The notes under the pieces were generated by a model that saw nothing but the letters and a program-made list of their open reading frames with translations, had not been told where the DNA came from and made no database searches. A stretch of 64,000 nucleotides of DNA from Candidatus Eiseniibacteriota bacterium (GTDB taxonomy: Bacteria > Eisenbacteria > RBG-16-71-46). The translations under genes were made by a program, and so were the position numbers. The stretch is taken from contig CAVQXP010000004.1 of assembly GCA_963717935.1 (NCBI GenBank), forward strand, positions 352,001 to 416,000. Reading direction: 5' to 3'. Shown one piece after another: positions 54,697-63,654 of the stretch; position 1 is the stretch's first letter, and each line of letters starts with the position of its first letter.

Positions 54697-55007
54697 TGGG
54701 TGACGTCGGGAAGCGCTCGCGGCGCAGGTTCCTCGGGTTGATCGCGGCCGGCTCGGCGGCGGCGGCGGCGGCCCCCGCCTCGGCCCTGGCGCGCGTGGTC
54801 ACACCGAAGAAGAAGCCCGCGAGGCCGGGCCCGGGTCCGCGTGGCGGTGCGGGCGTGACGCCCGCCGTGGCCGAGGAGATCCGCAGGCAGAAGGCGATGG
54901 TGGAGCAGGCACTCCGGGTGGTGCGCGACTACCCGCTGCCGCCGGGGAGCGAGCCCGCGTTCGTCTTCGCGCCGCTCCGTGCGTGGAAGAAGGGCGGCCA
55001 GCCGTGA
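54696..55007 (+). CDS. Small Tat-signal protein, GatC/AtzG-like amidase partner
   Basis: SRRRFLG + hydrophobic + ALA; C-terminal LRVVRDYPLPPGSEPAFVF; coupled on both sides. Confidence 0.75.
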   Translation: MGDVGKRSRRRFLGLIAAGSAAAAAAPASALARVVTPKKKPARPGPGPRGGAGVTPAVAEEIRRQKAMVEQALRVVRDYPLPPGSEPAFVFAPLRAWKKGGQP

Positions 55008-56407
55008 TCGACGAGGACCTGCTCTACGCCGGCATCACCGGGCTCTCGACCCGCATCCGCGCGCGGCGGCTCTCGCCGGTCGAACTCACCGAGGCCTACC
55101 TCGAGCGCATCCAGCGCCTCTCCCCCGTCCTGAACGCGTTCGAGACGGTGGCCGGTGACGTCGCGCTCATGCAGGCGCGCCTGGCCGAGAGCGACCTCAA
55201 GCTGGGCCACTGGCACGGACCGCTGCACGGCGTCCCGTGGGGCGCCAAGGACCTCCTGGCGACGGCCGGCCTGCGCACCACCTGGGGCGCGGCGCCGCTC
55301 AAGGAGCAGGTGTTCGACTTCGACGCGACGGTGGTCACGCGCCTGCGCGAAGCGGGCGCGGTGCTGCTCGGCAAGTGCGCGATGGTCGAACTCGCGGGCG
55401 GGCTGGGCTACCGCTTCGCCGACGCCTCGGTGAGCGGCCCCGGCCGCAACCCGTGGGACCCGAAGCGCTGGACCGGCGGCTCGTCCTCGGGCTCGGGTGC
55501 GGCGGTCGCGGCCGGGCTCGCGACCTTCGCGCTCGGCACCGAGACCTGGGGCTCCATCCTCTGCCCCTCGGCGTTCTGCGGGCTCACGGGCCTCAGGCCC
55601 ACCTACGGTCGCGTGAGCCGCGCGGGCGCGATGGCGTGCTCGTGGACCTTCGACAAGGTGGGGCCGCTCGCGCGCTCGGCCGCCGACTGCCGGCACGTGC
55701 TCGGCGCCATCGCCGGGGCCGACCCCGACGACCCCTCGTCGTCGAGCGAGCCGGTGGACCTCAAGCCGCGGCGCCTCGACCTCGCCCGGCTGAAGGCAGC
55801 GCTCGTACCGCTCGATTTCTCGGTGAAGGGCGCCGAGCCCGAGGTGAAGGAGGCCTTCGATGCGGCCGTCGCCCAGTTGCGCGCGGCGGGGCTGCGGCTC
55901 GAAGAGGCGAAACTGCCCGCGCTGCCCGCCAGCGAGGTGGCGGGGATCCTGATCGCGGACGAGGCGCTCTCGGCCTTCGAGAAGCTCTATCAGGACGGGA
56001 GCGTGAAGCGGCTCCGGGATCCCTATGCCGCCTACCAGCCCGGGATCAACGCGGCCGTCACCGGCGCCGACCTGGTCAAGGCCTGGCGCATCCGGCGCGC
56101 GCTGCAGGAGAAGATGGGGGAGTTCTTCGCCGAGTACGACGTCCTCGTGACGCCCAACTTCCTGTCGGTGGCGCCGCGCATCGAGGACGACCTCGCCCGG
56201 GCGCTGCCCTACGCCGACCCGGTGGGCGCGATCGGCAACACCTGCGGGCTGCCCGCGCTCGCGCTGCCCTGCGGCTTCGGCCGGGACCACCTGCCCGTCG
56301 GTTTCCAGGTCATGGGCCCGCCCTTCAGCGAGGGCCTGCTGCTCGACCTGGGCGAGGCCTATCAGAAGCGCACGAGCTGGCACCTGGAGAGGCCGCCGCT
56401 GCAGTGA
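55004..56407 (+). CDS. Amidase-signature family enzyme
   Basis: GPLHGVP.GAKD, NPWD, GGSSSGS, GTETWGSI and G.RPTYGRVS motifs. Confidence 0.95.
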   Translation: MIDEDLLYAGITGLSTRIRARRLSPVELTEAYLERIQRLSPVLNAFETVAGDVALMQARLAESDLKLGHWHGPLHGVPWGAKDLLATAGLRTTWGAAPLKEQVFDFDATVVTRLREAGAVLLGKCAMVELAGGLGYRFADASVSGPGRNPWDPKRWTGGSSSGSGAAVAAGLATFALGTETWGSILCPSAFCGLTGLRPTYGRVSRAGAMACSWTFDKVGPLARSAADCRHVLGAIAGADPDDPSSSSEPVDLKPRRLDLARLKAALVPLDFSVKGAEPEVKEAFDAAVAQLRAAGLRLEEAKLPALPASEVAGILIADEALSAFEKLYQDGSVKRLRDPYAAYQPGINAAVTGADLVKAWRIRRALQEKMGEFFAEYDVLVTPNFLSVAPRIEDDLARALPYADPVGAIGNTCGLPALALPCGFGRDHLPVGFQVMGPPFSEGLLLDLGEAYQKRTSWHLERPPLQ

Positions 56408-56475
56408 GGCGCGGGGCCGGACCGTCGCCGGGCCCGGTGGCGGGAACGAGGAAGCCGCGGTTCCCGGGCGGGCGC

Positions 56476-58368
56476 CTACAGCATCTCCTTCAGCTTGATC
56501 CTGATCCTCTTCGCCTTCCCGGCCCGCACGATGGCGAGCGTGTGCGTGCTGCCCTCGGCGCCTTCATCGAGGATCGCTGCGACCCGTTCGAGGCCGAGTT
56601 CCAGGATCGGCTCGCCGTCGAGTTCCGACACCACGTCCTCCGCCTGCAACCCCGCCCTCGCGGCCGCCGAGCCCGCGAGCACGTACGCCACCTTCACCGT
56701 GTCCGCGTGACGCACGAGCTGGATCCCGGATCGCGTCATCGGATCGCGGCGCGCGTAGAGCTTGCCGGGCTCGAGCCACATCTGCCGCCGCTCGTAGTCG
56801 AGCGTCACCTTGAAGCGCTCGAGGATCCGGTTGCCGACGTTGCCGGCGTAGTCCTCGCTCGTGAACGCGCCCGCCGTGGCCTGCGAGAGCGAGACCACGG
56901 GGTCCGCCCACGAGTAGGGCCCGATCTCGAGCTTCTTCATGCGCACGATGCGCGTCGTGAACGTGCCCCCGAACCCGCCGCCCATCACCTCGATGCCGCG
57001 CCCGGCCCCCGCCATGAGGTCGTGCCGCTTCACGAACGGCGTATGCAAATCCACGGTGGAGCCGCTGCCCACGTCCACGCGGAAGTCGCCCGCGATCCCG
57101 TCGTCGAGCTTCATCGTCACCACCGGCGTGTGCCCGGCCAGCGTCATGGGGATCGCCGCGCCCTGCCCCGCGTACCGGAAGGTCTTCGGGTCGTGGAGCG
57201 TGAGCTGGCGGGCGTCGAAGTCGAGCTCGTTCACGAAGCGGTTGATGAAGTCGAAACCGATCACACCGGCGCAATCCCGCCAGAAGAACGGCGCGAGGAT
57301 CGTGTTCACGCTCAGCACGGCGACGCGGGCATCCTTCACCTCGATGCCATCGCCGTCCGCGGCAACGACCGCGAGCGACGAGAGCGCCGCGAACGAGGCG
57401 CTGCCCGTCGCGCCCGCGCCCTGCCCCTGCTGCAGGCCCTCGGTCCGAAGCCCGATCTTCGCGGCGTAGGCGCTGTCGATGACCGTGATGCTCGCGCCCG
57501 TATCGAAGATGAAGTCCGCCGGCGGGCCGCCGTTCACGGACGCCCGAAGCCACACGTGGCGCGCCTGGTAATCGAAGGGCAGGCGTGCCACGCCCGGCGT
57601 CTTCAGGTAGCGCACGGCTCCCCGGTCCGAGGGCGGCGCGAACATGCCCGCCGGGAGCTCCTCGTTCACCCAGACCGAGTCGAGCGTCACCTTGATCGTG
57701 TTCATGGGCTGGCCCACGACCTCGGTGGTCGAGTGGAAGGACATCATGCGCCGGCCCACGAGGCGGTAGTCGCCGAGACGGGTGACGGTGGTCCGCTGGT
57801 CGTTCTTCGAGATGGACTTCGTGATCAGGCCGGTCTTCAGGTCGAAGTACACACGGCGCGCGCGACCCGCGGGCGGCGTCAGTTCGAGCACGGCGTAGCG
57901 CCCGGCGGAGTCGGACTCCTCGCCCGCGTAGCCCACCGAGCCGCCCCCCTGGTCCGGGAGCAGGTAGCCGTCCGAGTCGAACCAGGCGCCGCCCCGGGCG
58001 TCCTCGAGGTCCTTGCCATCGAGCTTCAGGACCTTGCCGCCCGGGTCCGTGCGCCAGCCGGCCTGGCCGTCGCAGCCCGTGCTCATCTTGAGCGGGCCGA
58101 TCTCGAAGCGGGCCAGGTAGCGGTCGGGACGCACCATCCACGCCTCGATCACACCCTTCATCATGAACGCCTCGATCGTGGAGCGCGTGTGCACGGAGCG
58201 GTCGTCGAGCAACTCCTGCCCGCCCATGGCCTGCAGGTAGCGCTCGAGCACGGGCTGCGCCTCGGGCGCGACGGCGGCGCGCGCCGCCGGGACGGCAAGG
58301 AACAGGGCGGCGAGGACCGCGCACGAGAGCGCAGGATGCGTGAGGCGTCGCAGGGCCACGGGGATCAT
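56476..58368 (-). CDS. Secreted retropepsin-like aspartyl protease with PDZ domain
   Basis: Signal peptide; FIFDTGAS, GVIG.D, second lobe VD.GSG, G..G..IL and C-terminal PDZ (GS.A..AGL). Confidence 0.88.
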   Translation of the reverse strand: MIPVALRRLTHPALSCAVLAALFLAVPAARAAVAPEAQPVLERYLQAMGGQELLDDRSVHTRSTIEAFMMKGVIEAWMVRPDRYLARFEIGPLKMSTGCDGQAGWRTDPGGKVLKLDGKDLEDARGGAWFDSDGYLLPDQGGGSVGYAGEESDSAGRYAVLELTPPAGRARRVYFDLKTGLITKSISKNDQRTTVTRLGDYRLVGRRMMSFHSTTEVVGQPMNTIKVTLDSVWVNEELPAGMFAPPSDRGAVRYLKTPGVARLPFDYQARHVWLRASVNGGPPADFIFDTGASITVIDSAYAAKIGLRTEGLQQGQGAGATGSASFAALSSLAVVAADGDGIEVKDARVAVLSVNTILAPFFWRDCAGVIGFDFINRFVNELDFDARQLTLHDPKTFRYAGQGAAIPMTLAGHTPVVTMKLDDGIAGDFRVDVGSGSTVDLHTPFVKRHDLMAGAGRGIEVMGGGFGGTFTTRIVRMKKLEIGPYSWADPVVSLSQATAGAFTSEDYAGNVGNRILERFKVTLDYERRQMWLEPGKLYARRDPMTRSGIQLVRHADTVKVAYVLAGSAAARAGLQAEDVVSELDGEPILELGLERVAAILDEGAEGSTHTLAIVRAGKAKRIRIKLKEML

Positions 58369-58522
58369 GACGTCCTCCTTCCGGGGTTTGCAGAGGATTG
58401 ACGACGCGCAGCATAACGTGCGCTGCGCCGGCGGGCGAGTCGCGCGCGCTTGCGGGCGCACGGCTCCGGTCCCTATGCTCCGGCCCGTCGCCCATCCGCT
58501 CCCCATCTCAAGGAGGAATACG

Positions 58523-59008
58523 ATGCTCAGGAGACTGCTGGTGATCGGCGCCTTTGTCCTGCTCCCCCTGGCCGCGCACGCCGCCTCGCCCGTCGTCACC
58601 GCCTTCGGACCCAGGGCGGGCGCGAGCATCGATCCGGACCAGCTCGTTCTCGGCGGGCAGCTCTCCCTGCGGGAGTTCGCGCCCGACTGGTCGTTCGACC
58701 CGAGCCTCGAGCTCGGCTTCGGCGACAACCTGACCGCCATCGCCTTCAATCTCGATGCTTACTACCACCTGCGACTGGCGGGGTCCGACTGGCGGCCCTA
58801 CCTGGGCGGCGGACTGGGCGTGAACTTCTTCAGCTGGGACGCGCCGCTCGGCGTGCGCGACGCCAGCGACACCGAGATCGGGCTGAACGCGGTGGCCGGC
58901 TTCACCATCCCCGCGGGCCCGGGCGACCACTGGTTCACCGAGCTGCGCTTCGGCATCGGCGACATCCCGACCCTGAAGATCATCGGGGGCTTCAACTTCG
59001 GCAGGTAG
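58523..59008 (+). CDS. Small outer-membrane beta-barrel protein
   Basis: SD AAGGAGG; AHA signal; WRPYLGGGLG; C-terminal GFNF. Confidence 0.82.
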   Translation: MLRRLLVIGAFVLLPLAAHAASPVVTAFGPRAGASIDPDQLVLGGQLSLREFAPDWSFDPSLELGFGDNLTAIAFNLDAYYHLRLAGSDWRPYLGGGLGVNFFSWDAPLGVRDASDTEIGLNAVAGFTIPAGPGDHWFTELRFGIGDIPTLKIIGGFNFGR

Positions 59009-59101
59009 CGGGGCGGGGCGGACGTCCGGGCACCTGCAGATGCGTGCCGGGCCGGCGCGGGGTCTCCCGCGCCGGCCCGGTCCTTCCAGGCCCCGGAGGG
59101 C

Positions 59102-61018
59102 TCACTCTCCCTCGGGCCGCCCGCCGGCCAGGACCATCTCCAGGTGCGCGAGGAAGGGCTCGGGCGGGATGAAGCCGAAGATCCGCGCGTCCTGCACCTC
59201 GGCCCCGCCACGCCCGAAGAACACGATCTCCGGCACGCCGGTCACCCCGTAGCGCGTCCGCAGCGTCCTGGAGCCGGGCGAGTCGTAGCGCGTCAGATCC
59301 ACCTTGAACACCGCGAAGTCGCGCGAGCGCTCGATCACCCTGCGGTCGGTGAAGGTCGAGCGGTCGAGTTCGTGGCAGGGAACGCACCAGTCGGCCGAGA
59401 ACTCGAGCATCACGGGCCGACCCGCCGCAAGCGCGGCCCGCATCGCCGCCTCGTCGTACGACTGGAAGCGGATGCCTTCGGCACGCAGCATCATCACGAC
59501 CGGGATGCTCGCCAGCACGGCGAGCGTTCCCAGCGCCCGCTTGAACACCCGGAAGCCGCGCTTCGCCGAGCCGTGCCGGTCCACGAAGCCCAGGTAGAGG
59601 CCGCCCAGGACCAGCGCCACCGGCAGGATCCACGCCGCGAGGCGCGGGGCCAGCCCGATGAGCGCGTAGTACAGGCCGATCGCGGCGAGCAGGATGCCGA
59701 AGAGCTTCTTCACCCACAGCATCCAGTCGCCCGAGCGTGGCAGGCTCTGGATGAGGTTCGAGAACAACGCCAGGAACAGGTACGGCAGGCCCAGGCCCAG
59801 CGACATCGCGAACATGGTCTGGAAGCCGAACAGCGCGTCGCCCCGCTGTGCCAGCAGGGCCAGCACCGCGACCACGAAGGGCCCCACGCAGGGCGCGGCG
59901 ATGATCCCGACCGCGAGCCCCGAGAGGAAGATGCCGAGCAGCGACGTCGCATCGGCCCCGCCCAGGCGCTGGAGCACCCACGTCGGCGGCTGCATCTCGT
60001 AGAGACCGAACATGGACAGCGACAGCACGATGAAGAGCAGGCCGAGCCCGACGTTCACCAGCGGGTTCTGCAGGGCCGAGCCGAACAGGCCGCCCGTCAG
60101 CGCCGCCACCACGCCGAGCACCGAGTAGGTGACGGCGATGCCCAGCACGTAGGCGACCGCGTGGGCGAGCACCTTCACGGGTCGCTCGCGGCGGCGCGCG
60201 CCGAAGACCGAGACCGTGATGCCGAGCATCGGGAACACGCAGGGCGTGAGGTTGAGCGCCAACCCGCCGAGGAAGAGTGCGAGGAACCACCAGAGGCCGC
60301 CCTTCTCGAGCGCGCCCAGCAGCCGGCGGCTGGCCTCCGACTGCACGCCGGCCGGCGCGCCGCCGTCTCCGCGCGCGGCCGTGTCCGCCTGCGTCACGCC
60401 GGCCGCGGGGTCCGCGGCGATGGCACCCGCCGTGTCGGAGGCCGCCGATTCCGTCGCGGGCGGCGGGGCGGCGCCGGGCGCGCCGCCGCCGGTCACGGTG
60501 ACCTCGAGCGTGAAGGGTACGCTCGCCGGGGCGAGGCAGACCTCGTCGTTGCACGACTGGAACCGCACGCTGCCCGCGAGCGCGTGGACACCGTTCGCAG
60601 CGGTCCGAGCGACCGCCAGTGCCACCTTCAGCGTGACCTGTCCGCTGTAGACCGAGAGCGGATTCTCGTCGAAGGCGAGCTCCACGGATTCACCGGCCGG
60701 GTACGTCGTCAGGCCCGGAGTCACGCCGGCGGTCCCGCGCAGCGTCACCGTGGTCGGGATGAGATAGTCGGGCGAGGGCGGGTTGGCATTGACGTGCCAT
60801 CCCCCGGCGATCTCGAGCGTGACGAGGGCCTCGGTCCGCGCGCCGGCGGCGAGGGTGAGCGGCGCGGCGGCCGCCTTCACCAGCGTCGCGGCCTGCGGTG
60901 GAGCGCCCCCCGGGGCCCCCTGCGCGCGGGCGGGCGATCCCCAGGCAAGCGCGAGGGCGAGCAGGGGCGCGGTCATCGTCCACTTCGTCCAGCGGCCCAG
61001 CGGCTTCTTCGACTTCAT
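59102..61018 (-). CDS. dsbD: Protein-disulfide reductase DsbD
   Basis: GWHVN, QSC....C, LTPCVFPM, APCVGP, LPRSG.WM and ADWCVPC thioredoxin motifs. Confidence 0.93.
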   Translation of the reverse strand: MKSKKPLGRWTKWTMTAPLLALALAWGSPARAQGAPGGAPPQAATLVKAAAAPLTLAAGARTEALVTLEIAGGWHVNANPPSPDYLIPTTVTLRGTAGVTPGLTTYPAGESVELAFDENPLSVYSGQVTLKVALAVARTAANGVHALAGSVRFQSCNDEVCLAPASVPFTLEVTVTGGGAPGAAPPPATESAASDTAGAIAADPAAGVTQADTAARGDGGAPAGVQSEASRRLLGALEKGGLWWFLALFLGGLALNLTPCVFPMLGITVSVFGARRRERPVKVLAHAVAYVLGIAVTYSVLGVVAALTGGLFGSALQNPLVNVGLGLLFIVLSLSMFGLYEMQPPTWVLQRLGGADATSLLGIFLSGLAVGIIAAPCVGPFVVAVLALLAQRGDALFGFQTMFAMSLGLGLPYLFLALFSNLIQSLPRSGDWMLWVKKLFGILLAAIGLYYALIGLAPRLAAWILPVALVLGGLYLGFVDRHGSAKRGFRVFKRALGTLAVLASIPVVMMLRAEGIRFQSYDEAAMRAALAAGRPVMLEFSADWCVPCHELDRSTFTDRRVIERSRDFAVFKVDLTRYDSPGSRTLRTRYGVTGVPEIVFFGRGGAEVQDARIFGFIPPEPFLAHLEMVLAGGRPEGE

Positions 61019-61321
61019 CGTCCCTCCAGCCTCGGGTCTACGAGCCTTCGTCCAGCAGCGCGGCGACCACCTGCGTCCGTCAGGGCGGACGGCAGGCATC
61101 GTCCACGCGCACGTGCGCGGCCGGCCGCCCTTCCTGCGGGGTGAGAGCCGCGGCGAAGGGCGCAAGATCCGCGAGCCGCCGACCACGCCCGGCCCGGGCG
61201 GTCCCCGCCGACCACCCACGATAGTACCCGAACACGCGTCCGCCGGGTGGAGGCTGGAGCAGCCAGGGACTTCTCTCGTGGACCGGGTGGCCGGGCCCAC
61301 GCGCGGCGCCCGGCAGCCGCC

Positions 61322-61879
61322 TCAGCGCCGCGCGGTCCGGAGCGCCTGCGAATCCCCGCTCCAGTGGTAGACCGCGAGCCCGGCCCACCAGGCGAAGGGC
61401 AACCCCGCCAGGACGAGGCCCGCGAACACGAACGGGTCGGAGAACGCGGAGAGTTCGAGCGCGAACCGCGGTGCGGCCCATCGCTGCATGAACGCCGCCA
61501 TGGCCGGGCTCGCCAGCGTCTGGAACGTGACGGCCGCGAAGCGCGCGAGTGTCGGGTACTGCCACAGCACGAGCGCGCCGAGCGCCAGCGAGAGCGCGGT
61601 GGCCGGCTCGGCCGCCGCGCGCACCCACCAGGGCAGCACCTCCGGCTCGATCCAGGTGAGCCGCCGCGCCAGCCGGGCGCGGGCCACGCGCTCCATCACC
61701 CGCGCGGTGAAGTCCGCCGGGGCCACGATGGCGGACCGCTCGAGCGCCGCGTCGAGCGCACGGGCGGCCGCCAGGACCGCGCCACAACGCGCGCAGGACA
61801 CCGCGTGCGCGTGTCCCGCCGCGCCCGCCGTCTCCCCCATGCCCTCGTTCAGCCAGCGCTCGAAACGCGCGCAGTCCAT
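61322..61879 (-). CDS. Zinc-finger (ZAS) membrane anti-sigma factor
   Basis: M.C...HAVSCARC (HxxxCxxC), P.DFTARVM, two TMs; coupled to the sigma gene. Confidence 0.8.
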   Translation of the reverse strand: MDCARFERWLNEGMGETAGAAGHAHAVSCARCGAVLAAARALDAALERSAIVAPADFTARVMERVARARLARRLTWIEPEVLPWWVRAAAEPATALSLALGALVLWQYPTLARFAAVTFQTLASPAMAAFMQRWAAPRFALELSAFSDPFVFAGLVLAGLPFAWWAGLAVYHWSGDSQALRTARR

Positions 61880-62454
61880 CACGGTCCTTCCTTCTGCCAG
61901 GCCGCCCGCAGTGCCGCGCGCGCGCGCGCCAGATGCGTCTTCACTGTGTTCTCCGGCATCCCCAGGATCGCAGCCGCCTGTTCCACCGACCGGTCCTCGT
62001 AGTAGTACAGCGTCACCGTCATCCGTTGCGCCGCGGGCAACCTCATCACCAGCCGCTCGAGGCGGCGCCCGCGGGTCGCGGTCTCGAGATCCCCCGGGGC
62101 CACCAGCGCCGGATCCGGCAGGCTCGCGGCCTCTTCCACCTCCACTTCGCGCCCGCGCCGCGCCTTCAGTTCGCTCAAGCGGTCCAGGGCCCGGCGCGCC
62201 ACGATGCGATGCAGCCAGGTCGCGAAGCTCGATTCGCCCCGGAAGCGCGCCAGCGCGAGCCACGCGCGCACGAACGCGTCCTGCGCCACTTCTTCCGCGT
62301 CCGCGGGTGAGCGCGTGATGCGCAGGGCGAGCCCGTAGGCCCGGTCCTGGTGCAGCACCACCAACTCGCGAAACGCGGCCTGATCGCCGCCCCGCGCGCG
62401 CTCGACCAGCGAGCGGATGAGCGCCTCCTGGGCGTCGGGCCGCACGGGGTCCAT
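61879..62454 (-). CDS. ECF RNA polymerase sigma factor
   Basis: GD..AF..LV, AEEVAQDAF, FRGESSF.TWL.RI and GMPENTVKT.L.RAR motifs. Confidence 0.95.
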   Translation of the reverse strand: MDPVRPDAQEALIRSLVERARGGDQAAFRELVVLHQDRAYGLALRITRSPADAEEVAQDAFVRAWLALARFRGESSFATWLHRIVARRALDRLSELKARRGREVEVEEAASLPDPALVAPGDLETATRGRRLERLVMRLPAAQRMTVTLYYYEDRSVEQAAAILGMPENTVKTHLARARAALRAAWQKEGP

Positions 62455-62460
62455 CGCCCC

Positions 62461-62492
62461 CTTGGACCGGTCCTGCGGGTCGTCCGGTTTCA
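62461..62492 (-). promoter_or_regulatory. ECF-type promoter TGAAAC-N16-CCGGTCCAAG (sigma autoregulation)
   Basis: Exact motif on the minus strand ending 7 nt before ATG 62454. Confidence 0.75.
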
Positions 62493-62524
62493 AGTTCCTG
62501 GCAGCCCTCCGGGGAACGTTTTCC

Positions 62525-62556
62525 TGAAACCCGCCGGCCGGGAAGCCCGGTCCAAG
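62525..62556 (+). promoter_or_regulatory. ECF-type promoter TGAAAC-N16-CCGGTCCAAG for the divergent membrane-protein pair
   Basis: Identical boxes and spacing to the minus-strand copy. Confidence 0.75.
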
Positions 62557-62631
62557 CCGGTGGAGCGAGGAACCCGGGCCGGATCACCCCGGCCACGGGC
62601 CATCTTAGACCAGAACGGAGGTCAACAGACC

Positions 62632-63069
62632 ATGTTCGCATTCCAGGGGTTCGGACCCGATGTCTTCGTGCCGTTCCTGGTGTTCTCCATCCCCATCATC
62701 GCCATCGTCGGCGGCATCACCGCGGGGATCGTGAAGACCATCAGCCGTCACCGGCTCGTCGAGTTGGCCCAGCGCGAGCGCATCGCCATGATCGAGCACG
62801 GCCTGGATCCCTCGAAGCTCCCGCCCCTGCCGCTGAGCGAGATCGCCGACGCCACGCCCCTCATGTCGCAGGCGGACGCCGCGCGGCATCGCTCCCAGGG
62901 CCTGATGATCGGCGGGCTGGTGACGCTGGCCGTGGGGATCTCGCTGGGCGTGCTCCTCTACAACGTCGCGGGCGAGCCGGGGGTCTGGTCCGTGGGGCTC
63001 ATCCCGGCCGCCATCGGCGTCGCCCTGATCCTGAGCGCCTTCCTCGTGCGGCCGAAGAACGGCAGCTAG
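62632..63069 (+). CDS. DUF6249-like membrane protein (copy 1)
   Basis: TM, R.R....RER.AMIE.G.D, G....VG...G and GLIP.AIG motifs. Confidence 0.8.
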   Translation: MFAFQGFGPDVFVPFLVFSIPIIAIVGGITAGIVKTISRHRLVELAQRERIAMIEHGLDPSKLPPLPLSEIADATPLMSQADAARHRSQGLMIGGLVTLAVGISLGVLLYNVAGEPGVWSVGLIPAAIGVALILSAFLVRPKNGS

Positions 63070-63078
63070 GGGACGGCC

Positions 63079-63540
63079 ATGGTCCTCTTCGACGAAGACG
63101 TCTTCGTGCCCTTCCTGGTGTTCGCGGTCCCGATCATCGCCGTCGCCGGCGGCATCCTGGCGGGCATCATCAAGACCATCAGCCGACACCACCTCATGGA
63201 GGTGGCCGTGCGCGAGCGCATGGCGCTCCTCGCGCGGGGCGTGGATCCGGCGCGGATCCCGTCGCTGTCGGCCGGCGCGGCCCACGGGCTCTTCCCGGCT
63301 CTCTCGTTCACCGATCTCTCGCGGTTCCGCGCGCAGGGGCTCTTCATCGGTGGCCTCGTGACGCTCCTGGGCGGGATCGCCTTCGGCGTGTTCCTGGGCC
63401 TGACCGAGTCGTGGGAGTCGCGCGAGTGGACTCTCGCGCTGGTGCCCGTCGCCATCGGCATCGCCCTGCTCGTCAGCGGCCTGATCGTGCGGGCGCAGGG
63501 CGGGGACGGGGTCGCGAGCACTCCCTCGCGGGTGACGTAG
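63079..63540 (+). CDS. DUF6249-like membrane protein (copy 2)
   Basis: Paralog sharing DVFVPFLVF..PIIA..GGI.AGI.KTISRH and QGL.IGGLVTL. Confidence 0.8.
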   Translation: MVLFDEDVFVPFLVFAVPIIAVAGGILAGIIKTISRHHLMEVAVRERMALLARGVDPARIPSLSAGAAHGLFPALSFTDLSRFRAQGLFIGGLVTLLGGIAFGVFLGLTESWESREWTLALVPVAIGIALLVSGLIVRAQGGDGVASTPSRVT

Positions 63541-63583
63541 GGCGCTGCGGGAGACGTTCGCCGCGCCACGACGACGCTCAAAT

Positions 63584-63612
63584 CGAAGGGCCCCCGGCGG
63601 GGGGCCCTTTCG
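63584..63612. terminator. Bidirectional terminator hairpin
   Basis: CGAAGGGCCCCC...GGGGGCCCTTTCG between convergent genes. Confidence 0.7.
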
Positions 63613-63654
63613 CGTCCGGAGCCAGGACTCGCCCCGGGAACCGCGCCGGTCAGG

